NCBI RefSeq assembly: GCF_964204645.1
Contig: NC_134025.1
Span: 682,001-746,000, forward strand
Reading direction: 5' to 3'
Source of the DNA: Tubulanus polymorphus
Lineage: Eukaryota > Animalia > Nemertea
DNA: 64,000 nucleotides
Shown: piece by piece, positions 53,178 through 64,000 of the stretch
Position numbering within the stretch: the first letter of the stretch is position 1
Layout: every line of letters begins with the position of its first letter
Translations under genes and position numbers: made by a program
Notes under the pieces: model-generated
Databases searched by the model: none
What the model was told of the DNA's origin: nothing
The model's input: only the letters and a program-made list of their open reading frames with translations

Positions 53178-53243
53178 ACCCCAGGTTTCGAACCCACGAA
53201 CTCCGGTGTGCCAGGAAACACACTTACCACTAGACTACTAAGC
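53178..53243 (-). mobile_element. tRNA-derived SINE head
   Basis: Minus strand TAGTCTAGTGG (A box), CTGGCAC loop and GGTTCGAAACC (B box). Confidence 0.6.
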
Positions 53244-53906
53244 CGTAGCGAAATAGACGGTTTAGGAACCTGTCTGCTCAGTGTCAGGTGTGGTAACCAG
53301 TCAGGTATGATGACCAGTCAGGTGTGGTCGGATTGTCAAAATATGGCATCAATCTTTCCATGATTTTGGATCTTCCTTATATCAGTTTACAAACATTGTC
53401 CAAGGGCAGTTGGTTTTTGGTGTCGACAGTTTATAAATCTTTATTCAACGCGGTAATTTCGAATTCAATCCTGAAACCATCTCTATCTTGCTCTATCTAT
53501 CTATTTATCTATCTATACTCATTTAGAAATTAGGTATTTGCTGTTATTCCCTGAACCATTTTCAACTATCTGAACTCTTACCAAAATCTACCTATACATT
53601 TTTAGAACATATGCGCAGAGCTCCTATAAAACATGTTCTACGTTTATATGTATGCATTTCTATTGCTCTGAGAATGAAAAGATCACCCTTTGAACTAGAA
53701 TCGCGTCGTAAAACTAACGAACTTAGAGAGACCTGAAGTTTGAACAATAAACCGTGTGAAATTTTAAAATAACGGCCACATAAATATATCAAAATCTACG
53801 GCTTAAATTCTCTAAGGTTCTTCAACTTAGGATATTTCAATTATCATAGTTAATTGTGCGTTAACCGCTCCGTGGACATAACGTTATTTCCTCTTGATCA
53901 GAAATC

Positions 53907-54010
53907 ATGAAGTCATCTCGTACACGTAAAAACAGTGTTAGTATAGACGCAGGATCTCAAACCCGCGGATCAGCAAATAGATCGACCCCTCGTAGGAAAC
54001 CGTCACACGA
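53907..54010 (+). CDS. Alternative first exon V6 (MKSSRTRKNSVSIDAGSQTRGSANRSTPRRKPSH)
   Basis: ATG, 34 codons + 2 nt, then GA|GTAAGT (phase 2). Confidence 0.75.
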
Positions 54011-54851
54011 GTAAGTGTTTATAATAGCTTCATATAGATTCAGTATCTTGATGAACCACACACAATATCACACATTGATGATTACTAATCAATATCAATT
54101 AATCCAACCTTTTGGGTAGAGTTTCGTCAGAGATTTATTTGAGAATGATTGAAAATATGTTTCTTCAAATGAAGATGGGTAGATTTATTAAACCCGAAAT
54201 GTCAGTTTTACATAAGTGAGGGTATTTCATATAATCACTATAGGCTGCAATGATATGGAATTCAACTTTTCTATGGAATTCAACTTTTCGACTATATACA
54301 TATATCCTAATAGTAAAAATACGTTAAAGAGGATGTACTTTTAAAGAGGATGTATATTTTGCTAATAATCGTCTCAGGAATACGGACAGCGACTAGGCTA
54401 ATATATCATTTCACCATGGATTGTTTGGATATTGTTTAAATTTTTCAAAATGTATAATTATGAATATTCTTGAAACTATGGAATCTCTGATGGTCGTCTG
54501 CGGGAAATGAAATATTCGTGAGAGTTCGTTGACACATTATCTATAGCTCTGATATATTTGTATAGACGAGTTTTAATTTCTTGGAGCGATAATGTTGTTA
54601 CGCGTTGTAACAATTCTACCTATCAGTACAATCTATTGATAACTATTTACATAACGTATTCGCGAACCTGCTGTTTTTTTCATTATCAAAGACACCACGA
54701 GGCAAGAAATGTTTCCGATAACACAAAGAATGAATATCGTGACTAATTTCTTCGATTCTTTCACAAAACGCGATTTCGATCCAATCGGTTTGTACGTTGA
54801 GAAAACGTGCATATAGTCTGGAATCGTGAGAGTTGATCTCAGTCAGATCTC

Positions 54852-54949
54852 ATGTCCGGGAGTAAACCTACTTCAAAAATGCATCGTTCCGCTTCCCGTG
54901 CTACAGTTAACTCGCCAGGGGTGACTCCACGAACTGGTCGCAATAAATT
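54852..54949 (+). CDS. Alternative first exon V7 (MSGSKPTSKMHRSASRATVNSPGVTPRTGRNK)
   Basis: ATG, 32 codons + 2 nt, then TT|GTAAGT (phase 2). Confidence 0.75.
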
Positions 54950-56174
54950 GTAAGTCGTAGAATCTAGAGAAGAACATTGTAATATTTCATCTGTTATAGA
55001 ATTCATTTTGAAATTCAGGATCAACGAGGAAAAGAATGCAATCAGAGACTGTTACGTTCATATTTAGGTTTTAGTCATATTGAGGAATGGAGTTTAGTTT
55101 CACCACGAACAACACAGTTGGTATTCAGCCTATCCGATTATAAAACCTTACCACCAATAATTAGGTAACTTACTAACTAGGAAAAATTCATATTTGGTTT
55201 ATGAATGAAGCCATTTTAATTTCACGCTGGAGTGATATTTGTTTCTACTTTAGCACCATTGTTTTAGTTCACGTGGCACCTTCGTAAAAAATGGTGCATA
55301 AATGGTGCACATTTAGAAGAGAGAGTATCTCTTTGATTATTTTATCCTGTCTTTTTAATATGGTAACTAATCATTCAGTATTAACGATGTAGAATCTACC
55401 GCAATCATTCAGTCCTCCACCGGTGGGTAAGACGTATAGATGTAATCGAGCTGTAGCACGCCGCATGAGCTAAGATAGAAGAGGGTTCATTGTCCTGAGC
55501 TTATCTCGAAGAGTGTTAGATAGAACCATAAAGGACCAATAACCAATGTTTTGATAAAAAAGGTAGTATATAGTCAACCAGTTTTACAACTGTGTGTTAA
55601 ATCTCTGGGTCTGATGTCAAAAGTAGTTCATGTACTTAAAAACTCACAACTATATGTTGGCCCTAGTGACTTCAGAAATTTAATGGTTCCGCTTTTTACT
55701 GAGTTCATATTATTTCTGATTTGGGTATGACACATTTTACTGTTCTAATTTCAATCGCAGCGGGAAATTCATGTTTCGATGAACACGGTGAAAAAAACCT
55801 TTGAAACGATCTAAGAATATTTTACTGAATGGATATGAATAAATCTTAAACATAAAAAACTGCTACTTTAACAGGTTGTATTGAAATTTCAGTAAGGCAC
55901 AAGTGTCTCCAGTTGGGCATTCATAGGTTCGCTGTTTTTGGATACGGAATTTCATAAAGTGCAAATAATTCTAGGTTTAAAGAAAAGATCCACAATTTGT
56001 GGAGAAAAACGAGAGTTTTTTGAATGGCTCGTGTATGGAGCTGAGTCGAAACGTTACAAATCTTAGTTTTTCTTCATAATTGTGTGTTTTTTCTTCAAAT
56101 GAATTACAAACAGTCAAACTTTGTCTGTGGAAACCAACGATTCTCATTTCGGAATATATATTAGACTCAGAAAG

Positions 56175-56284
56175 ATGGCGGCTGTCTCAAAAGTAGCGGC
56201 TAAATTCATGAATAGATCACCCTCTAAGGGCAACATCTCTCCATCTGCGATATTTAGTGCTAGTTCCAAAGTTAAATTGAGAAT
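56175..56284 (+). CDS. Alternative first exon V8 (MAAVSKVAAKFMNRSPSKGNISPSAIFSASSKVKLR)
   Basis: AAGATGG start context, 36 codons + 2 nt, then AT|GTAAGT (phase 2). Confidence 0.75.
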
Positions 56285-57537
56285 GTAAGTATTAAAACTA
56301 AAAGATATTCATATCAATCATATCAAGGTATGTAGGCCTATATTTATCCGAGGACCCAATGTCACCATTCTGACTTTTGAGATCTAAAAACTTTTGGAAC
56401 AAAGTAAATCTAAATTTTAACCATGGAACCCTAAACTTAAACCCAGAATTTTAGAACTGGGTCCGAGATGGAACAATTTTGGATTTTTAGGGTTTTTTAG
56501 GGACTTACGGTCGAATAATTTGACAATTAAGATTTTCTTTGGGTCAATGTTTCTACCTGTTTCGCATAGACCAGGGCAAACATATATTGAGATGATGTAT
56601 TTTCTATCAGAGGCATCTGGGCACTAGGAGGCCATACGGATACAAGTCGTAATGAATATTTTGGTAGTCGTAATTTTTGTAGTTTGTGGATTGATACGGA
56701 TAATTTTTGCTTTATGGCGATGACTCCTGGGATTATAGAGGCAGGTGATAGTATCAGTAGGGTAGGAATTAATCCCAATTTATAGGATCTAGAATAAATC
56801 CTTCCTGCTGAGAAACAATTTCATTAAAGCTGCCTCCTCTTCGCTCACTAGCGTAGACAGGTGTGCGTGGAGACAACCAGCCACGTCATCGGCTGCTGCA
56901 GGCCGGGTATTATAAAAGCTTCAATCTGCGTCATGTCAAACCAACAGCTCTTTATCAGAATTAATTATTTCAGCAGAAAACTACTCAATGTTTTATTGAT
57001 TTAGTTTTACAGGTTTGTTTAGTTAGTCGTGGAGACTGCATTAAGACCGTACCAGGCGGAAGTGCTTGTACTCGAGTCGGCTATGGATTGAGTTTATCAA
57101 ACCCTCACTCACCGCCAATAAGAAAGGCAATTTTCCACGACCAATTTCAGTCGCACAATCAACCGACTTTGTATAGTAAATAATACCCTTTCAAAGAATC
57201 GTAAATTTATGCGTTTTTTACAGTGGTTTATACGAGGATGTTTCTACGTTCGCTTTTCATTAAAAGCTCATATTCTCATCTATGAAAGTCATGCACGAGA
57301 CGCTTAGATTTTAGTCCAGGTGCATTCTAAGTTGCGTACACGGGACTAGAAGATCTTTATGTCTCAATACCTTCTATAAAAATGAACATCCTTCATGTGA
57401 CCCCGGTAATCGAGGATATGATTGTGGACTGACTATCTGTCTCACCACTCCACTCAGTGATTGATATGAGTTGATGAAGTTTCCGATGAGTGTTTATAGG
57501 TGTGTGATTACGTGGGTTACGTGGTAAATTTCGCGTG

Positions 57538-57716
57538 ATGAAACCGAATTTACTATCAGTCCCAACAGCAAAGGAAACCATGGATACTATAGAGGTGATG
57601 CAGCCTGTTGTACGACGCTCATCTTCAGTTGTCTCTTCATCAGTCGGACTCACAGTTCATCATCATCAACATCATCCTCATCATCACCGGAAAGATTCTA
57701 ATATTCACGCTGAAAG
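57538..57716 (+). CDS. Alternative first exon V9 (MKPNLLSVP..RRSSS..HHHQHHPHHHRKDSNIHAE)
   Basis: ATG, 59 codons + 2 nt, then AG|GTCTGT (phase 2, weaker donor). Confidence 0.55.
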
Positions 57717-58304
57717 GTCTGTTTTTCTACTTCAATGTCTTTCTTTTCTAATTCTTATTTTTGGATATTTTTGAAATTCTTTCTCGTGGAACACTGGCGT
57801 AGCTCTATTGCTCCATGCATTCAATGCGTTAGTTCAGTGAACTTCGCCGAACTCGGACAAACTGCGACCACGACAAAATTTGTCCGAGACAAGCGAAATC
57901 CGGATTAGGGATCGGGAGAATAAGATCGGAGAAAATGAGAGAATGATAAGTTAATTTGTTCGAGTAAGTTTTATTTCTTCTCGGGACATTTCTTCTCTAT
58001 AACTTCGTATCATAACTCTGTTTCCTTATCATACATTGTCAGTTGTTAGGAGGTTATCTTTGATAATGGACTCTTTGTATGATTTATGTCGATCTTAATA
58101 TTTGAAGGGTGTATATTTGTTCGTTACGGTAAGTCAACAACTCTTCAATGAGCTACATGTTTATTCGTAACGCGTCTGTATGGTCGGGTATAGGGTACGG
58201 GTTTCCTGGTGACAGCATATTTAGGACATTTAAGAAAAACTTTTGTAATCAGCGCGCGTGGATCTTTTAGTAGTAAAGTTTTGGCGATTTTAAAGACTTA
58301 AAGA

Positions 58305-58804
58305 ATGGCAACAACGTCACCTTCGGGTCGCAGGAACAAGAGTTTATACTCTACATCGTCTGTAGTTAAAAAGGCAACAGATGTGAGCGCTAAATCGGGG
58401 TCGAGTCGTAGAACTGGATCGTTACCTCGCGAGGTTCGACACCGGACCGGAGACAAATCAAACTCCTCGATTTCATCAGGGAATACGGAACAGGATAATA
58501 ACCAAGCTTCCATACAAGAACTGCTCGGTTTAACTAACGATGTATTTTATCGGATTGTTCGGCAGTTTCCGGAACGGTTGGAAATTCCCGATGATTTTCT
58601 AGTAAATACAGCAAAGAAATCTGGATCGGAATTGCCGTCGTCAGCGGGTACAACAGGACGTCGTGAGAAATCAGCAGATGGATCTGCAACACCTAGAAAA
58701 CAATCCGTATTAACCGCAGCAGCCGCAGCGGCCACGGCGACCGACTCTTACTCGAAGGACGGCTCCGGGTATAGTTTATCAGTTTGTGAAACAGACAGGG
58801 ACAG
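58305..58804 (+). CDS. Alternative first exon V10 (MATTSPSGRRNKS..CETDRD)
   Basis: ATG, 166 codons + 2 nt, then AG|GTGAGT (phase 2). Confidence 0.8.
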
Positions 58805-59192
58805 GTGAGTGTAAATGACCAGAACCAATATTTTTCGGGCATCAAATTATCTGACTTTAGACTCGTGGATTGGAACGTGTCTGTTTTGTGGTTTTCAGCC
58901 TCACGCCGCAGATTCTTTTTGTGCACTAGTTTTTTTGCTAGATGAGGTCTCTTTTTCAACTTTCTAATGTTTCCTTTTGTGAAATATCGCCTGAGAAACC
59001 CGTCCCATAGATATACGGAGTTCCCCACAGTCCCGACCCGCTGAGACACGGAGTTCACTGCTGCCAACCGTACAGTGGCGACATCTACAGACTTACACCG
59101 GCAACTAGCAACAACAACATGATGAATACTGATTGACAACAAACTCTAAACTTCACTAATTATACATGTCATAATTAACCAGGATCATTAAC

Positions 59193-59257
59193 ATGGCCTC
59201 AAAACCGGCAAAGAAAACCCCGTCAACAGCAAGAGTTGGTTCTGCATCGAATAAAGA
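59193..59257 (+). CDS. Alternative first exon V11 (MASKPAKKTPSTARVGSASNK)
   Basis: AACATGG start context, 21 codons + 2 nt, then GA|GTAAGA (phase 2). Confidence 0.7.
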
Positions 59258-62173
59258 GTAAGAGCTACTGATAATAGTTAGAATAAACTGCTGCCTAAAA
59301 AGTGAAGTTTGCAACAAGTTTTTTCCTCTCCCTCGCGTGACTCCCCCTCTGGGCGGGCTGGCTCTCGCACTCCCGGCGGCGGCCGACCGATTATTACCCC
59401 TCAGTATCTCCCTTCGTCCTGATATCTGACTACAAAGTCGACATTACTGTATCTATAAATGAAAGCTGAAATTTTCTGAAAACCACTGAAAAACTAAAAT
59501 AAACAGCAGTAGGAATTCAAATTCAATTTGATTTTATTCCAGGCCGACATTGGAACAATTAATTCCTTTTTTAATTTAGAATAATAAGGGCAGTTGTCAG
59601 GTTTATATTGATTATGGTTATTTCCTCTCAAGACACCTCCAGATAGGTTTCGTCTTTTTTTAAAGGTTTAGGCTAAATATAATGGAAATGATGTAGGCCT
59701 AATAATGAATCGATTTAATTGAAAGGATATTGTTTTACTGGTGATTAAAGATTTCATCCAGTAATGAGAATTCACACTTAATAATGATTCCAGCATGTTA
59801 ATCTAATAGCTTGGCTACACAAATTCATCTGTGTTAATCCGGCTATGCTAATCCTCTTGTAGTTTGATAATCCTTGGTAATCCATAAAAAACAACTTTTA
59901 GTCCACAGGTCATGTAAGAGTTCACTATAAGCTGTACTAATAATACTAGTGACACCAGGCTGCCTGTCTGTTAGCCCAGCTAGTGATACCAGCCTTCCTA
60001 CCTGACCGTGTGACACTGAGTCAATGAGCTGATCACCAATTGGTGTCCAGTCAACTGTGGCTGACAATACATAGCTCCTAACTGTGACTGACTACATTAA
60101 CAAATCATTAACATATTGAAATTTTGATTCTTGAATGAAATTGAATTAGTTTCCATTGACACTTCAAGCAGCTATTTTCAATCCCAAACTTACACCTAGG
60201 GCTGAATTTAATTAGCTATTTCTAAGAGCCCAACAATTTCACCTAAATTCAATATTTAAGCTGTATTTTGGCCACACTACCTTTGTACATTTATGACATA
60301 CATTAGGCCAAATTGACTTTTTGAAGCTCAAGATATGATTTACATTGAAATAAAGATCACCTTTTTTCAGCCCAAAAATTGTTCAAAATAAAGCATGATT
60401 TGAATAAGTTATTCTGAAGCCCAAAATCAGAACTAAGAGTATGAATAAAGTGTATTCCTGCCGTGCTCCCCACCCCTGTGCCAGCCTGGCGTGCTCCCCC
60501 CACCCCCGTGCCTGCCTGTCGTGCTCCCCCCCACCCCCGTGCCTGCCTGCCTGTCGATGTATTTTAATGGACTCTAGTGTTTCCGGTATAAATGGTCTTA
60601 TTACTTCCTCTGTTTGAATGACAGAGAACAGTGATTGATGATTGACCTCCTCACCTCTCTCTACCTCTCTCTCTCTCTTACAACCTCTATGATTCATTTA
60701 ATGTTTCAATTTTCAATTGATAACATGATTAATTACTGAATTAGACAAAGAAATTTCATCCAAAAATACTATTATTCTGCTCTATTCACTGAATGATGAG
60801 TGATGATCATTTGCTGAAAAATGATTGAATTTCTGCGACGATTTTCCTTCGAATCACATTCGAAATTTCACATTAAATCGACATAGAAAACCTTTTAATT
60901 TTACGTGTTTATCAATTTCTAAATTTGTCAAATACCGCTGGTAGAATTCGCCGGTAAAATTGCCTAAATTGCGATGTTTAATAATTATTCAATTATTCGA
61001 CAGAGATTTTTATGAAAAAGTTTCTCTGTCGTCGTAAAACGTGTCTCGACGATGAAAATGATAAAAATGACGATCACATCAATTAAATAGGACGTTTTAA
61101 TTGGACAATTATGTTTATAGCGTTCTGTATTCCCTACAGATTTACAGCAAGCCGTTATTATATGCAAATATACCCAGGAAATAATTTCAGCAGTAGAGTC
61201 TGAGAGAGCGGTATTATCGTGGAAAATTGGCCGTCAATTACGTTAGCGCTAACTCTTCTAAATTACACGCGCAACGTGGTGAAATCACAATGAAATTTTC
61301 GATCCAGTTTCCATATAAAACGTTGTTAAAGTCTTATTGATATAAAACTGATTGAAAATGAAATGTTTAGAATTCATGTGGGAAAATTAGCAGCTGACTT
61401 TGATAAAAGGCTTTGAATTATTTGAGCGTAGTTGATTAATAGTGGTTGACAGCTGATACTAAATGACTTAAAATGAAAACTCACTTTTAACCCAAAGTTT
61501 ATTGTAACGATCAACAGTAAACTCCGTTCTCATAAACGTTGAGGAAGTTTGAAAGATGACAAAAATTTGAAATACATTTTCATCGATCAGACTTACTGAA
61601 ATACGGATAAGACGTGAAAAATATGAATCAAGCGAAATCCAAAGATTTGTAAATGAAAATAAAAAAATAGGAAACCAATCATTGATCTTCCTGTGAATCT
61701 AAATGTAAATCTACCTGTGACTGTTTGTAGGAAACATCTGAAATGTTACGGACCCAATAAACTTTCCAATACGTTGTAGTCTTCACAATAAACGTTTCTA
61801 TTCCAAACGTTTATTTGTCTATTGTGGGATTTCGCTTAAATAAGATTTTCTTTGACCCTATTTATTAAACCACAGCCGCCCACCTCCCCCACACCCCCAA
61901 CTCCCACTCCCCACCTCCCGGAGATTCAACTATTCATTAAATTGTTGCGAACTATGAATTGATGCTAATAAAATCGGTTCTCATCAATAAATCAGCAGAT
62001 ATTCAATCCATTAACGAGTCCAGTTCACAGTCCTTGTTTTTATTAATCTCTAGATTTCTATGTCCTGACGACGACAGAAAATACAACAGAAATTATCGAA
62101 TATTTGATTAAATGTATTGATAATTAATTCAGCAGGTTTCAATGGTAGAATTGTAATAAGTATATCTCATAAT

Positions 62174-62353
<180 letters not shown>

Positions 62354-62709
62354 CCCCCCATCGGTCCTCTCCTCATGTTCCTACGTTAAATCCATTGTTA
62401 TGCTGATTTGTATTGTGTAAAGGTTATTAAACTAATGCAAGCACGATGGTTGCGGCACACGCATGCGGCACACACGTAGCACACGCAGCACACCGGGCGC
62501 ATGCAGCTTATATGTGTGTTCAATGCGTCATTGTAGTTTTACCTGTGAACATATGGACGTCTCTCATTAAAACTACAGTCAGTTGATGTCAGTCAACGCT
62601 ACAGTTAGTATCACTTGTAGAATAGCGTAGAGAGAAGGAGAGGTAGCTAGCTCGCGGGGCGGGGGTCTTCTAACCCCCCCCCAAAAAATACGGGCTCGCT
62701 TTATTCAAA

Positions 62710-62750
62710 ATGGTTTATACAAATAGGAATCATTTATCAGTCACTGCCGG
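62710..62750 (+). CDS. Alternative first exon V12 (MVYTNRNHLSVTA)
   Basis: AAAATGG start context, 13 codons + 2 nt, then GG|GTGAGT (phase 2). A GC-box (GGGGCGGGG) lies about 50 bp upstream. Confidence 0.6.
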
Positions 62751-62846
62751 GTGAGTCATTAAAATAATTGTTGTAATTATTATTAATTAGTAATTGATTA
62801 ATTAATGTCTAGATATAATTCGATCTTTATTAAACGGTTATTCTTT

Positions 62847-62872
62847 ATGACGACAATAACGTGCGTGCGTAG
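62847..62872 (+). CDS. Possible alternative first micro-exon V13 (MTTITCVR)
   Basis: ATG, 8 codons + 2 nt, then AG|GTAAAT (phase 2). It is short enough to be chance. Confidence 0.3.
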
Positions 62873-63771
62873 GTAAATACAGTTCGTGTGTTTATATTAT
62901 TTGGAATAAAAACAAGAGGATATTTTTAGAATTTTTTCAATTCGACAATTTAGGGAATATATTCAGATTTCACGTAAGTTTAAACATTACGGATTAACCG
63001 CGTTTTAATAAGAACATGATTTCTTTAAGTAATGTTTGTGTTATGTTGAGATATTGTATGGAGTATTAGAGATTGTGATATAGTAGCGCAGAAACATGTT
63101 TTATAAAATCAATAATTGTGTCCTATGTCTGTTGTACAGTTGTGGTTATGATTATATAGTACTATGTTTATATCAGTATGCAGACAGCAGCAGCAGTACT
63201 GCGGTGCCCTGTCGTATCATAACATCAAAACCCAATATATACAAATTTATAAGATTTAAAACGATATCTAAAATTAAGACGCAATATTTCAGACTCTCTC
63301 TAGAGACATGATGTAATCTTTTACATTTCTATACAGTGGTTTATATATCATTTCTCCACAACTGAGGGTATCGGCCTATTTAACTATTTGTTAGATATTT
63401 GATTAAGAATTTGTAAATAACATTCATAATATATCTAGATGAAATTCATAAACAGATATATGAATTTTAGATTTCAATATTTTTATCAATTAAAGCATTT
63501 TCATCATGAATTGCTCAGATTTCATCGACATCATTGATTAAATTCATACAAGAATTTTTGTGATCCTATAAATAAATTCCACGTATTTGTTGTCAAAGTT
63601 AATAATTTAGCAGTTAAAACCTGTTTAGGTAATAATTCTGTAAGTCAGATATTTTTCTCACGGTTCAGTCAGTGTCAGTCACACCGTTGAAAGTTGAAAA
63701 GTTTTATTCTGGTGATTTTATCAGAATCTCTGAGGATTAATTGATTTATATTTATTACTGGATCGAGTTTG

Positions 63772-63878
63772 ATGATGTCACGTGTTGGTACGGCAAAAAA
63801 ATGGACAACAAAAACAGCAGCCGGAGGCAAAACAGAACATCATAACATCTCATCTAAATGGGAAATGGCTTTAGCCGG
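63772..63878 (+). CDS. Possible alternative first exon V14 (MMSRVGTAKKWTTKTAAGGKTEHHNISSKWEMALA)
   Basis: ATG, 35 codons + 2 nt, then GG|GTTTGA (phase 2, weak donor). Confidence 0.4.
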
Positions 63879-64000
63879 GTTTGAAATTCGAGTTATCAGT
63901 CAGAATTTGACATTTGAAATGAACTGATTTTATTTCTAGATTTGAAGTTATGTATCTTACAGCTGTTGAACATGCACAGTTCTTCCTGACTCTAGAATTA

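Noticed and set aside
55371-55426. GG|GTAAGA donor with an open phase-2 frame
   Set aside because: No in-frame ATG after the upstream stop at 55368.
58086-58128. ATG...G|GTAAGT candidate variable exon
   Set aside because: It is phase 1, and the phase-2 frame has a stop, so it does not fit the array. It may be a non-coding exon and is noted as a counter-example.

Overview
AT-rich, intron-containing animal genomic DNA. An invertebrate, probably lophotrochozoan-like, origin is inferred. Genes reconstructed by reading GT-AG exons: MED6 (-); a galaxin-like Cys-Cys repeat secreted/anchored protein (+); three intact single-exon FMRFamide-receptor-like class A GPCRs plus one fragment; three InaF-motif micro-proteins (-); a C2H2/U1-like zinc-finger RG-rich gene (-); an SLC3A-like heavy chain (+); an SLC16 monocarboxylate transporter (-); ABHD12 (+); FAM32A (-); and a YccV/HspQ-domain gene (+). 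The main hidden structure lies at 47-64 kb: 11 well-supported and 3 weaker non-homologous ATG-initiated short coding exons. All are on the + strand and all end at a phase-2 GT donor. This looks like a large array of alternative first exons supplying variable basic, Ser-rich N-termini to a constant gene beyond the window. Other notable structures are InaF ORF exons with post-stop donors pointing at a shared non-coding 3' exon, two pairs of duplicated mutually exclusive exons in the YccV gene, minisatellites built from splice sites, and satellites built from tRNA-SINE and MITE pieces. All splicing models are manual predictions without transcript evidence.
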